Shown: positions 37,863-47,393 of the stretch, piece by piece
How the letters are laid out: each line of letters starts with the position of its first letter
Position numbering within the stretch: position 1 is the first letter of the stretch
IMG/VR virus record: IMGVR_UViG_3300025875_000005
Span: 32,899-96,898 of that record
Origin: a virus
Strand: one strand, 5' to 3'
Length of the DNA stretch: 64,000 nt
Made by a program: the position numbers and the translations under genes
The notes under the pieces: model-generated
Told to the model about the DNA's origin: nothing
Seen by the model: the letters and a program-made list of their open reading frames with translations, nothing else
Database searches by the model: none

Positions 37863-38914
37863 TACGCTGCTTCCTTACGCTTGTGCTGGAGGACGAATTT
37901 GCCCGGCCAGTAAAAGAACTTCTTTTCACCCGTAGGAGTAGAAGCCTGGACTCCTTCAAACCCCTGGAAGGGAGGAACCTTCTGCTTAACTGCCTTCTGG
38001 TGTGTCACAGTCAGACTCTGAATCTCGTAGTAGTCACCCACAGCCCCGAGAGCCTTGACCTTCACCCAATCAAGCGTGTCCCCGAAGGCCTTGGGGCAGT
38101 GCTCCTTGAGGCTCTTAACCAAGGCCGCAAGGTCAGAATCTGTATGAGGATTGACCCTATTGGACTTGCTGTAGATAGCCTCCAACATCTGCCCTGAGCG
38201 CTGGATATCGAGGATGGGAATGATGTCGTCTCCATAGTGCTGGTAGAACATCCCCTTGTTGAAGATGGGCCCGTTGTTGTGGGCAAGGCTGTAAGCGGTA
38301 TCGACCATCAATTCCAGACTGGTCTTGCCGGTCACAGCGTCCTCAAGGCACTGGGCAACCTTGCCCCACGCGAGCCCCCCATAGCCTTTGCTGAACTTCC
38401 CGTTGTTGAAGAGGTGGGTAATGCCCTGGAGGAAGTTGCCTACGCTACTCTTGGGAGGGGACTTCTTGAACCGGGCAACTGCATCCTCAGGACTCATGCC
38501 CTTCATCGAAAGGTTGAAGTTGACGAAGGTCTCGCCGTGGTTCTCAACCATGTACTTGCTGAGGTTGACGCCCATGTTGTGAACGTGGCGTGACTCGCGA
38601 GTGACGATGAGCACCAGATAGGCGTACATCCGCGTGCTCTGCTCCGTGAGCACTTCCACGTAACGGTGAGCAATCTTGAGGGCCCACTCGGGGAGGGGTT
38701 CATCCTTGTGGAACTCATTCTGGAGAATCGCCACCATATGATTCAGGGCGTAGAACTCGACTGCCGACTGCTCAGGGCTGCGCTTAACCGTATTGTCCAG
38801 CTGGTACTGAATCCGCTTGACCACTTCAGGGACAGGGGTACTTCCGAAAGCCCTGGGTACCCGCTGGGGTACGTTCAGGACTGCTCTCAGACTTCCAGGA
38901 ACACAGTAGTTCAT
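37862..38914 (-). CDS. Hypothetical protein, 350 aa
   Basis: Own promoter and RBS; conserved-looking motifs ESRH, GYGGLAW, LAHNNG, LDIQRSG. Confidence 0.7.
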   Translation of the reverse strand: MNYCVPGSLRAVLNVPQRVPRAFGSTPVPEVVKRIQYQLDNTVKRSPEQSAVEFYALNHMVAILQNEFHKDEPLPEWALKIAHRYVEVLTEQSTRMYAYLVLIVTRESRHVHNMGVNLSKYMVENHGETFVNFNLSMKGMSPEDAVARFKKSPPKSSVGNFLQGITHLFNNGKFSKGYGGLAWGKVAQCLEDAVTGKTSLELMVDTAYSLAHNNGPIFNKGMFYQHYGDDIIPILDIQRSGQMLEAIYSKSNRVNPHTDSDLAALVKSLKEHCPKAFGDTLDWVKVKALGAVGDYYEIQSLTVTHQKAVKQKVPPFQGFEGVQASTPTGEKKFFYWPGKFVLQHKRKEAA

Positions 38915-38987
38915 CGGACGCCCACTCCTTGGGACTTGCTGACAGGGAGGACACTACATCCGCCCGGTCAGGTTCGTCAAGCACTGA

Positions 38988-39476
38988 TTAGCTACGGGTG
39001 ACGCTTTTGTTGAGGCTGAGGGTTCCCCGAATCTTGGCAATCCTGACCATCTTCTGGAGGTTCTTCGGGAAAAGCAGGTTCCGGATATAGCCCTGTTGGG
39101 CTTCCGTCTCTACCGCGTGAGCAAGGTAGTGGGCCCTCACGTAGGCCACAGGGTCTTTCTCTCCCCAGAGCTTGGCCAGGGCTGCCAGGAACAGCCCCGT
39201 GCGACCGATGCCACCGTAGCACCCCACGTAGATGGGCTTGCCTGCAACCAAGTGCGGGATGGTCTGCTCCAGACCCTGGAAGAGGACCGGGAGAGGGGGG
39301 ACGTTGAAGTCCATCGTTGGAACGTCCACGTCACAGGCAGCGTGAATCTCCATTGCCATCTTGACCCCGACCATCGACGTGGGTCGATTGAGGTAGGGGC
39401 CTCCATAGACAGTGAAGTACCGCCCGAAATGATTCATCAGCTTCATGCTGCCGGGATTCTTCTTATTCACACCCAC
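38988..39476 (-). CDS. Second CX5R phosphatase-like protein
   Basis: PTMDF, VGCYGGIGRTG, AVETEAQ; own promoter and RBS. Confidence 0.85.
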   Translation of the reverse strand: MGVNKKNPGSMKLMNHFGRYFTVYGGPYLNRPTSMVGVKMAMEIHAACDVDVPTMDFNVPPLPVLFQGLEQTIPHLVAGKPIYVGCYGGIGRTGLFLAALAKLWGEKDPVAYVRAHYLAHAVETEAQQGYIRNLLFPKNLQKMVRIAKIRGTLSLNKSVTRS

Positions 39477-39517
39477 TCCTTGGGCAAAAGGCGTTAACCG
39501 CCAGATTTGTACTACAG

Positions 39518-39871
39518 CTATCGACCAGCGTTCGTCAAGGCCTTCTCTCTTCGGATGACCCTCACCAGACCCTTGTCACACTTCCCGCAACCAGTTGCAC
39601 CACACGCTTCACAGTCTTCCCAGACCACGAACTCACCCTTGGCGAGGGGCCTAGCCGGGTCTACAGGCGCTTTGGACTGAGCCCCCGTCCGAATGTCCGT
39701 GATGCGGGAGATCTCGTTACCAGTGACCAGGAGGACCCAGTGGTGATACCGCCGATTGCCTTCAGGAAGGCTGACCCGTGCTGACCGGTGAAAGATATGG
39801 TCTGCTTGGTCCAGGAGGTCAATCTCCCGGAGGAACGTCTCTACCCCTGGACCAAGCTTAACGCTTGCCAT
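39518..39871 (-). CDS. Hypothetical protein with C-terminal Zn-finger-like Cys motif
   Basis: CEACGATGCGKC. Confidence 0.6.
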   Translation of the reverse strand: MASVKLGPGVETFLREIDLLDQADHIFHRSARVSLPEGNRRYHHWVLLVTGNEISRITDIRTGAQSKAPVDPARPLAKGEFVVWEDCEACGATGCGKCDKGLVRVIRREKALTNAGR

Positions 39872-40130
39872 GGATGCGCTCGATACGGATTGACCGGGGG
39901 GCCTCAAAGGCAAGACGGCTCTCGGTCGTAAGGGGGTCGCCCATGCTTACCCCACAGCTAACGAATGCGTCCGGCAGAAGCTCGACACGCTCAAGGTCGG
40001 TAACCAGGATGACCCGATCATTGAACTTGATTCGAACCTTGTTGAACGCCACCACTTCCTGAACCTCCAGGAGGTGGGTACCCGCGAGGAGAATCTTGCT
40101 CCCTCGCTTGATGCCGATTGAAAGCGCCAT
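39858..40130 (-). CDS. CsrA/RsmA-like protein
   Basis: N-terminal LSIGIKRGSKILL and C-terminal RLAFEAPRSIRIER resemble the CsrA termini. Confidence 0.5.
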   Translation of the reverse strand: MALSIGIKRGSKILLAGTHLLEVQEVVAFNKVRIKFNDRVILVTDLERVELLPDAFVSCGVSMGDPLTTESRLAFEAPRSIRIERIHGKR

Positions 40131-40179
40131 TAAGAGTCTCCACTCATTGGAAGGCCACCTATTCCGTATTCTACTTTAC

Positions 40180-42117
40180 TCATACGGCAGGGAGCAAATG
40201 ATGGGCCAGCTGCACAGGGGAGAGGTAGACCTTGCCCTTACCAGTTTCCCCCAGAATGAGAGGCAGAGACTCTCCAGCGGTCTCCCGATAGTTCAGAACC
40301 TTCCTGATAGCGGGAGTCTCTCCCCCCTCCAGAATGAAGGTGCCCGTGGCAAGGACCACCTCAACCAAGTTGTCAGCCTGGGGGACCCTCTGTGCCTTGT
40401 CTCCCAGGTTGGCATTGGTAACCACCTTGACCCCCGGAATCTCCTGAAAGGAGTTGGCCAGGAAATACTCTTCCTCAAGGAGGTCAGGGTTCCCGAACAT
40501 CTCAGCGTAAGCCTTGTGAGCAAGAGACTTGGGCTGACGGACATCAACAACCACTTCCGTGTGGTTCTGAATGGCTTCCTTGACCACCTTCCGGGCCCCA
40601 ACAGGGTCGTTGAGGTACCCCGAGAGGTTGAGAACTTCTCCCCCCTCCAGGTGATAGCCCGACACGTTGCACATGATTGCCAGGAGGGCAGCCACAGAGG
40701 GGTTGTTGGCTCCCGAGATAACCGGGGCCTCCCCGAACCACACCCGACCCGTGGCCCCATCAATCGTGACCCTCTGGCCTTCCTTGAAGTGCTCCAGAGG
40801 AATCGAGAGACCCACCACACAGGGCTTGTTCATCCCGCGAGCAACCACCGCCGCGTGGCAGGTAGCTCCCCCTGTCATCGTGAGGACTCCCCTGGCCGCT
40901 GCCATCCCCTGGATATCGTCCGGGCAAGTCTCCTGGGTGACCAGGATAGTCGGGCCGCTGCACTCAATTGCAGCCTTGGCCGAGAGCACCACCTGACCCG
41001 TTGCCACTCCGTTGCAGGCAGCGATACCAGTGTCGTAGGTGGGGGGGTTTTCCTTGGCCCACGTAGGGTCAATCACGTCTTCCTGTGCCTTGAGGAAGGT
41101 CTTGAAGCTCACCCGCTCAAGAGCTTCTTTCTGAGTGATGAGGCCCTCAGCTGCCATGTCTACCGCGACCTTGATTATGGCCTTGGCCGAGAGCTTGGCG
41201 TTGCGGGTCTGGAGGATGAAGAGGTTCCCGTTCTGGACCGTGAACTCCACGTCCTGGACAGCCTTCTTTGCCTTCTCAAGCTTCTCCACCGTATCCCGAA
41301 GCTCAGTGGCAATCTTCATGTTCCAGTCATTCATGAGGAGGATGTTCTGGCCCGTCCGGATACCGGCAACCACGTCCTCCCCCTGAGCGTTGGGAAGGTA
41401 CTCTCCCTGGATGACCGGCTCCCCCGTGAGGGCGTTGCGGGTGTTGAGGACTCCGGTAGCGCTGTCCTCATTCATGTTGCCGAAGACCATCGCCTGGACC
41501 GTGACTGCCGTGCCCCAGTTGTGGGGAATCTTGTTCTGGTTGCGGTAGAAGACCGCGCGCTCGTTGTTCCAGCTTTTGAAGACTGCCTCGATGCTCCCGA
41601 GAATCTGGTCGTGAGCGTCCGGGAACTGCTCTCCAGTCTCCTGCATGTAGCGAGCAAGCCGTGCCTGGATGTTGAGACCCTTGAACTTCTCCTTGTCGAT
41701 TCCCTTCACCACCGAGCCGTACATTTCGACAAGGCGGCAGTAGCTATCCCGCATTGCGTCCGGGCCGATACGCTTGTCCCAAGCGGACACCGTGTTGATA
41801 TCGAGGCCCACGTTGAGGATGGTGTCCATCATCCCGGGCATCGAGGCCCGAGCACCCGACCGGACACTGAGGAGGGGCATGTACCCGAACACCCCTTCAA
41901 GCTTCTTGAGGTAGGGCTTGATTGCCTTCTCCACAGCCTTCATCGTCGCCTCAGGCTTCTTGAGGTAAGCGAGGCAGACGCTGGTGGGGAGGATGAAGCC
42001 GGGAGGGACGCTGATGCCCTCGTTGGTCATCCAGACGAGGCCCGCACCCTTGCCGCCGAGGACTTCGGCGCTGGTCAATTCAGTGTTTTCGTTGAGTCCA
42101 AAGCTATAAATCTTCAT
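40180..42117 (-). CDS. Truncated pyruvate phosphate dikinase-like phosphotransferase (ATP-grasp plus phospho-His domain, no pyruvate-binding barrel)
   Basis: LGGKGAGL, VPPGF, LLSVRSGARASMPGMMDTILNVG, VQAMVFGN, QGEDVVAG, DVEFT..LFILQTR, GGATCHAAVVARG; only ~170 unrelated aa follow. Confidence 0.9.
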   Translation of the reverse strand: MKIYSFGLNENTELTSAEVLGGKGAGLVWMTNEGISVPPGFILPTSVCLAYLKKPEATMKAVEKAIKPYLKKLEGVFGYMPLLSVRSGARASMPGMMDTILNVGLDINTVSAWDKRIGPDAMRDSYCRLVEMYGSVVKGIDKEKFKGLNIQARLARYMQETGEQFPDAHDQILGSIEAVFKSWNNERAVFYRNQNKIPHNWGTAVTVQAMVFGNMNEDSATGVLNTRNALTGEPVIQGEYLPNAQGEDVVAGIRTGQNILLMNDWNMKIATELRDTVEKLEKAKKAVQDVEFTVQNGNLFILQTRNAKLSAKAIIKVAVDMAAEGLITQKEALERVSFKTFLKAQEDVIDPTWAKENPPTYDTGIAACNGVATGQVVLSAKAAIECSGPTILVTQETCPDDIQGMAAARGVLTMTGGATCHAAVVARGMNKPCVVGLSIPLEHFKEGQRVTIDGATGRVWFGEAPVISGANNPSVAALLAIMCNVSGYHLEGGEVLNLSGYLNDPVGARKVVKEAIQNHTEVVVDVRQPKSLAHKAYAEMFGNPDLLEEEYFLANSFQEIPGVKVVTNANLGDKAQRVPQADNLVEVVLATGTFILEGGETPAIRKVLNYRETAGESLPLILGETGKGKVYLSPVQLAHHLLPAV

Positions 42118-42198
42118 TTGGTTGCCCACTCCTTGGGACTTGCCGCTGACTTGAGATACCTTCTACACCCCCCGTGCTCCGTTCGTCAAGCGATTATT

Positions 42199-42528
42199 TT
42201 AGAGGGGGTCACTGACGATGACCGTGATGGCCCCGTAGTTGGGGACGCTCTCCTGCCGGTTGCCAGGGAAGACCACCACGAAGCGAGCGCTGTAGAGACC
42301 CTTGGTGTCCGTGTCCCCGGCAGACCATGCATACTCCACGAGGCCCTTGGGGGCATCCAGGATGGTCGCAGGCTTGTCGTTGATCTTCCGGGCTGAGCCA
42401 CCATCCAGCTTCATCCGAAAGACCACCGTGCAGCCCGTGAGGTCCACAGGAGCATCATCCCCATTGGTGACCGTGCCCCGGAGGTTAGGGGAAAGGTCGT
42501 TCTGTGCCACCGTGAAGAGCTTGCTCAT
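42199..42528 (-). CDS. BppU/DUF2479-like Ig-fold structural protein
   Basis: PVDLTG..V.F.M..G.V.Y.W..GDT...G.Y...F.V. Confidence 0.6.
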   Translation of the reverse strand: MSKLFTVAQNDLSPNLRGTVTNGDDAPVDLTGCTVVFRMKLDGGSARKINDKPATILDAPKGLVEYAWSAGDTDTKGLYSARFVVVFPGNRQESVPNYGAITVIVSDPL

Positions 42529-42532
42529 GGGT

Positions 42533-44008
42533 TTAATCCTTGATGACTAGAGGGATGAGAGTGAACTTGCGCTGGGCGCGAGGGTCAATCTCGAAATGGG
42601 CGCTCCAATGATGCTTGACCACAATCGCCTGGAAGAAGCTGGTGAGGTCCAGCTGTCCATGGGGGGCCCCTGCCACGACCGGGACCGCAATTGATTGCGG
42701 GGCGAAGCCTTGAAGCTCGAAGCTGGAGAAAGGAGCCACGGCAATGGCCGTGTCATCCACAACTGGGTAAGCGTAGGGCTCGAAGCCCGTGAACTCCAGG
42801 TTACCGGCGAGACCCACCTCAGCAATGGTGTCCTCAGCCAGGGCCCCAGGTGCGTACCCCTGAAGGGTGATAATGCCCCGAGGAACCAAGGGCTGCCCAT
42901 TGTCCTCAATAGCGTAGGGCTCGAAGCTCTGAATTACCGCTGCCCCTGCCGGAACGGTTGCACTCCGGGCCCCCCGGATGGAGGTCGGGGTGCTGACGGA
43001 CAACGAGAAAGCCCCAGCCGGTACGAAAGCGGTAGCTCCCGAGATAGAAGCGGAGGGCGTGGCAGCTGTCAGGGACAGGCTTCCCACAGGAGCAACTGCC
43101 AGGACAGGAGGCACGTCCGATTCAGGGACGTAGCTCTCTTGACCCAGCTGACCCGTGAGGAAGACTTCGGAAGTGATCCCACCCTTCGTGATGGTCGGGG
43201 CAACTCCCACGACCGTCATAATACCCAGGGGAACTACCACCCCCGTGATGCTCAGAGCCGTGGGAGCAAAGGCATTGGCAATTGATAGAGCGCTACCAGC
43301 GGGAGCTACACCCGTGCGAGCCCCAGCGGTTCGCGTAGGGAAGCTACCTGCCAGTGCCAGGACCCCAAAAGGGACCGTCGCATCCCTTGCCCCGATGGTG
43401 GCGGTATGAACACCCCCGGGTCCCATGTAGAGCACGTCATGAGGTATCTCAGCTGCCCCTGTGGGGATGACAGCTGCCGGAGAGACGGCAACAACCTCAA
43501 GGGTACCGAGGGGCGCTGCTGACGTGACCGTGGGAGAGGGTTCCTCCACCACATCTGTGTGGAAGGTCCAGGGGTGCGCACCTGCGAGCCTTGCGTCATC
43601 CGTGTTGACCGTCCAGCCCGTTGGAGGACCGACCCCATTGGTGCCCTCGAAGGTGAAGGTCTCTGCAAGGACGCCACTAACCGTGCGCCGAATCTCCGTG
43701 CAGCGAACCCAGTCACCATTGGAGGAGACGCCACCGTCCTTGTCATAGCCAATGCTGATGACGTAGGTGCCTGCCGGAAGAACAGCGGAGGACAGGGTAG
43801 CGCTCTTGGCTCCAGAAGCTCCCCGGTTCGCAGGAAGCAATTCACCGGAATCGATCCGGTAGAAGAAGGTGTCGTACCCTCCTTCACTTGAAGCCGTGTA
43901 GTCGAAAAGCAACCGGCTCGCGACCGGTAAGACAAAGGTACGGCTGATGGAAGAGCGTGACCCATCAAGGCCAACCTGGGCAGCGGGACTTTGGACGTAA
44001 GAAGCCAT
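42533..44008 (-). CDS. Fibre-like structural protein with short PxGxLxLxxxxP repeats
   Basis: SSEGGYD domain followed by repeated ~25-aa beta-type units. Confidence 0.55.
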   Translation of the reverse strand: MASYVQSPAAQVGLDGSRSSISRTFVLPVASRLLFDYTASSEGGYDTFFYRIDSGELLPANRGASGAKSATLSSAVLPAGTYVISIGYDKDGGVSSNGDWVRCTEIRRTVSGVLAETFTFEGTNGVGPPTGWTVNTDDARLAGAHPWTFHTDVVEEPSPTVTSAAPLGTLEVVAVSPAAVIPTGAAEIPHDVLYMGPGGVHTATIGARDATVPFGVLALAGSFPTRTAGARTGVAPAGSALSIANAFAPTALSITGVVVPLGIMTVVGVAPTITKGGITSEVFLTGQLGQESYVPESDVPPVLAVAPVGSLSLTAATPSASISGATAFVPAGAFSLSVSTPTSIRGARSATVPAGAAVIQSFEPYAIEDNGQPLVPRGIITLQGYAPGALAEDTIAEVGLAGNLEFTGFEPYAYPVVDDTAIAVAPFSSFELQGFAPQSIAVPVVAGAPHGQLDLTSFFQAIVVKHHWSAHFEIDPRAQRKFTLIPLVIKD

Positions 44009-44029
44009 AGTTCAGAGCCCCGCTGAGTT

Positions 44030-44452
44030 TTAGCCAGTGATGGAGAAGATACCGGACGCATTCCACTGGATGTTCAGGGCACCACCATTACCGAGGTGGG
44101 GGAAGTTGCTGATGCCCGTGTCAAACCAGTAGAGAAGCGAGGCAGCGGCCTCAGAGGCGTTGTACTTGTAGATGGCCAGACCGTGGGTCGTCAGACCGTT
44201 CGTCATGGACGCGAAGCTGATGTCATCCGCGTCGAACACTCCACCCGTCGTGGTCGTATTGGTCAGGGAGACAGGAGCAGAGGTACGTGCGCCCGCCACG
44301 ATCTGGCCAAGGTTGGTGTGGGCCGCCGAGAAGGTGTAGTTCGTGCCACCACCGGAGGTCTGGACCGGGACCACGCGAATGTCGTCAGTATCGAAGTTGA
44401 CGCCACCATCAAGGAGCATCTTCTTCAGCTGCGTATAGGACTGATTGGCCAT
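44030..44452 (-). CDS. Putative virion structural protein
   Basis: GGVNFDTDDIRV..GVFDADD..NGGALNIQWNASGIF. Confidence 0.55.
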   Translation of the reverse strand: MANQSYTQLKKMLLDGGVNFDTDDIRVVPVQTSGGGTNYTFSAAHTNLGQIVAGARTSAPVSLTNTTTTGGVFDADDISFASMTNGLTTHGLAIYKYNASEAAASLLYWFDTGISNFPHLGNGGALNIQWNASGIFSITG

Positions 44453-44464
44453 GGGTTACTCCTG

Positions 44465-44500
44465 AAAAGGAAAGGGGGACAGGTTTAGCGCCTGACCCCC
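44465..44500 (-). terminator. Putative intrinsic terminator
   Basis: GGGGGTCAGG-loop-CCTGTCCCCC-TTTCCTTTT on the minus strand. Confidence 0.55.
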
Positions 44501-44531
44501 CGAGAATACCAGCATCGGCAATTGATTGCAG

Positions 44532-44780
44532 CTACACGTCTTTCTGAGTGAGCTTCTCAACCCGCTGGACCCAGAAGAAATGTCCGGCCAAAACCCCCAT
44601 TGCGAAGACGATGACCATCCCGAAGAGGGGGTTGGCGTAGGCCTTCTCAGCAAGGATTCTGCTGATGGTCGGGGCATTGCGGAGGAGACCCAGGATCACA
44701 TCCACAACCAGGATGATGATGAGGGCCCCCAGCATGAACCACTTGGTGTACTTCGCGTTCTTCTCTTGGTTCGGCATCAT
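44532..44780 (-). CDS. Two-TM membrane protein (holin candidate)
   Basis: Two hydrophobic segments and a charged C-terminus. Confidence 0.5.
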   Translation of the reverse strand: MMPNQEKNAKYTKWFMLGALIIILVVDVILGLLRNAPTISRILAEKAYANPLFGMVIVFAMGVLAGHFFWVQRVEKLTQKDV

Positions 44781-45997
44781 AGGCACATCCCTTCCGAGGT
44801 ACCCATCCGGACATCCTGAATCCAGACGTTGGGGTTGGTTGCGCTACTTCCAACAGGGACGTTTCCAAGGAATGCGCTGAAGCCGACGAATCCAGCCGTC
44901 GTTCCACTCAATCCACTGGCAAGGTTTGCCACCTTCAAGAGGCCTGTACCCGTGTCCCAGGATGAAACGTAGCACTTCTTCACTCCTGCGACGTAGGCAC
45001 CCGAGACGTTGGCGGTACGAGTACCATCAAACAGCTGGAAGTTGGCGCTAGCTGCTCCCGTGAAGGCGAATCGAGGGGCATTGCTGGTCAGGTAGTATTT
45101 CGAGGCTGACCCAGGATTAGCCCCCGTCCAGGTAGGAACGACGCAAACCTTCGTACACCCCTTGGAGGTGCTGAGCCCAGCGGGTTGGGGGAAGGTGATT
45201 CGCTCATCCGCGCTTGTGGCTGCTGCTGTGGTCGTGGCCACGTATCGGGACTCGTAAGGGCCGATTACAACCTGAGCCCCCCAGACAACTGCCGTCCCAC
45301 TGCCTGCGACTCCTCCGGGATAGAGACGAGCCGTCATGTTGACGCCGCCAGCTGAGGTGCTGGTACAGACTACCCGTTGGAAGCTCGTGGTCAGGGTAAC
45401 CGCTGACGTACAGAGGGCTGCTGCCCCTGTGGTGTTGTAGAGCACCAGAGCGAAGGCCTGGGTTCCTGTTACGGATCGGGCGTAGACGCTCGCGGTATAG
45501 GTCGTATTGGCAGATGCCACAGTCGTTGACTCTGCGTACCCACCCGCAACTGTGGTCGCGAGAGTATCTGCTGTCGTGGCATTGGTAGGGGCAATGGTCG
45601 AGTTGGCAGTAGCTGTGACGTTGGACTTCACCCACGAAGCGTTATCCACAGTCTCGGACTGGAAGATCGCGTTGGTCACGGCAGGATGAGCCCTGAGCCC
45701 GTTGGCCTCCACACACGGCTGATTGACTGCCAGGGTCACCATCGTACCGGCTGAATTGGTACAGGTGGCCGTGCTGGAACGGGTGAAGGTGACGGCATCT
45801 CCCAGTGCTGAGGCAGGCATCACGCCCGTGGCGTAGTCACTGGTGCCCAAGGTGGGGAGGAAGCTGAACAAGAGGGCATCTACCGCCCCCATGGACTGAT
45901 TCATCAGGGGGCTGGGCCCGTGGAAATCGTTCTTGAAGCGGGGGAGAGACTGAGCCCCCGCCGTGGTCGCAACAAGTAGTAGGAGGAGGATTCTCAT
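44777..45997 (-). CDS. Signal-peptide protein with spike/LamG-like domain
   Basis: MRILLLLLVATTAGA|Q signal; TFTRSSTAT..GL....TN..W..VWGAQV..S.Y..TT. Confidence 0.65.
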   Translation of the reverse strand: MRILLLLLVATTAGAQSLPRFKNDFHGPSPLMNQSMGAVDALLFSFLPTLGTSDYATGVMPASALGDAVTFTRSSTATCTNSAGTMVTLAVNQPCVEANGLRAHPAVTNAIFQSETVDNASWVKSNVTATANSTIAPTNATTADTLATTVAGGYAESTTVASANTTYTASVYARSVTGTQAFALVLYNTTGAAALCTSAVTLTTSFQRVVCTSTSAGGVNMTARLYPGGVAGSGTAVVWGAQVVIGPYESRYVATTTAAATSADERITFPQPAGLSTSKGCTKVCVVPTWTGANPGSASKYYLTSNAPRFAFTGAASANFQLFDGTRTANVSGAYVAGVKKCYVSSWDTGTGLLKVANLASGLSGTTAGFVGFSAFLGNVPVGSSATNPNVWIQDVRMGTSEGMCL

Positions 45998-46003
45998 GGC
46001 TGA

Positions 46004-46423
46004 TTACCGGCTCTGCGAACGGTAGTGGATGGTCACGGTAGTTCCACCGGAGACCGTGATGCCCTTGGGGGTGAAGCGGATACGCCCGTAGGAGACTGCC
46101 TGAGCCACGTTGGGGAACACCGCGCAACGCTTGCCCGCGTTACGTGCGGACAGGGCGTAGTCAAAGGCAGGGGCAGGCATCCACTCGGCAATCGCCTCAT
46201 CCCAGTAGTCAGCCTGAAGGGTTCCCGCTCCAGAGAGGGTGTTACCCGTCGCTGCACAGAGGACAATCTGGTAGCCCGCGATCCCGCGAAGGTTGGTCCC
46301 CTGGGTGATGGCCGTGGGGTCCGTGCCCGTGAGGTTCTGGGTCTCCACGATCCCATGAGAAATGGTCTGGGCGTAAGACGGGACTGCGAATGCAAGAGCG
46401 GCAATGACTGCGAAGTAACGCAT
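46004..46423 (-). CDS. Signal-peptide protein
   Basis: MRYFAVIAALAFAVPSYA|Q; GGAG RBS. Confidence 0.65.
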   Translation of the reverse strand: MRYFAVIAALAFAVPSYAQTISHGIVETQNLTGTDPTAITQGTNLRGIAGYQIVLCAATGNTLSGAGTLQADYWDEAIAEWMPAPAFDYALSARNAGKRCAVFPNVAQAVSYGRIRFTPKGITVSGGTTVTIHYRSQSR

Positions 46424-46489
46424 AGGGCCTCGAAGGAGTGAGAAGTCCCGTCGAGAGTACCGCCCTCAGTCTCCGCAATCAATTGCGGA

Positions 46490-46831
46490 CTAGTCCTTGG
46501 TCAGAGCTACGACCCCGAATACCACACAGGAAAGAGCGAATCCGATGCCTGTACCCAGGAGAAACACCTTGTGAGGGTACTCAGAGGCATTCTTCTCTGC
46601 TTCTTCCGCACGATACTTGTACGCAAGGGTCTCTTCGTATCGAGCCCGTACCTTGGCCTCTGTCATCCAGTAGCCGGGCCCCACAACGATGACACTGGGT
46701 TTGGTTTCGACCGGCACATCCTTGCCCAGAGGCAATTCAAGAGCGCCACGCTGCGCATACACAACTGCCGGGTCCCCCGCGAAGGAAGATCCGGCAGTGA
46801 GTATGGCCAACATCAGGGCCATCTTTCGCAT
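46490..46831 (-). CDS. Signal peptide plus C-terminal TM protein (possible unimolecular-spanin-like)
   Basis: MRKMALMLAILTAGSSFA|G and a C-terminal hydrophobic helix; no lipobox Cys seen. Confidence 0.5.
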   Translation of the reverse strand: MRKMALMLAILTAGSSFAGDPAVVYAQRGALELPLGKDVPVETKPSVIVVGPGYWMTEAKVRARYEETLAYKYRAEEAEKNASEYPHKVFLLGTGIGFALSCVVFGVVALTKD

Positions 46832-46832
46832 C

Positions 46833-47393
46833 TTACACACCCTTGTCGAGGTACTTGGTGAGGTCATCCTGCGTGGCAGCAGCTGCAACGACCTTGGCCT
46901 TCTCCACAGCCTTCTCCTTCACTTCCTCAACCTTGGCCTTGGCGCGCTGGTCCACAGCGTAGCCCGCGAGACCGAGGATGACAGCCTGTAGGATGGTCGG
47001 GATAGAGAACCCGCCCGCCACAACCGAGGAAGCCACTGCTCCGAGCACAGAGCCGCCCACGTAGAGAGCGAACTTGCCCTGCTCCGTCCACAGCCACTCG
47101 AACTTCTGGACGTAAGGGATCTTCCGCCCGAAGTTACGGACAAGCTTCACTGCCGCCAGGAGGAGAAGCACGATCACGCCAGCGTAGTTCTTGCTGGTCG
47201 CCATCTTCATCCCGAGCGTGATGAGGTCGGTGAAGTCCGCATCCACATGGATGGCAGAGGTGGGAAGGCTTGCAGCCGGGTCCACAGCCGGAACCTGGGA
47301 AACCAGGACCGGGAGCACGTTGGGGTAAGCAGCATCAGCCATACAGCTGACGATGAGGGTCAGGGCAAAGACGAGCTTGGCGAGGGTCTTCAA
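46833..47393 (-). CDS. Multi-TM membrane protein with signal peptide (holin-like)
   Basis: Signal-like N-terminus, three hydrophobic segments and a basic C-terminus; TTG start proposed. Confidence 0.5.
   Translation of the reverse strand: MKTLAKLVFALTLIVSCMADAAYPNVLPVLVSQVPAVDPAASLPTSAIHVDADFTDLITLGMKMATSKNYAGVIVLLLLAAVKLVRNFGRKIPYVQKFEWLWTEQGKFALYVGGSVLGAVASSVVAGGFSIPTILQAVILGLAGYAVDQRAKAKVEEVKEKAVEKAKVVAAAATQDDLTKYLDKGV

Noticed and set aside
40180-42117. Calling the gene ppdK, an auxiliary metabolic gene
   Set aside because: The pyruvate-binding domain is absent, so the symbol was withheld.
40096-42396. Long plus-strand ORFs (766 aa here; also 11318-12856, 24637-25941, 33077-34330, 7347-8444)
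   Set aside because: Antisense shadows of well-supported minus-strand genes in GC-rich DNA; no motifs or RBS.
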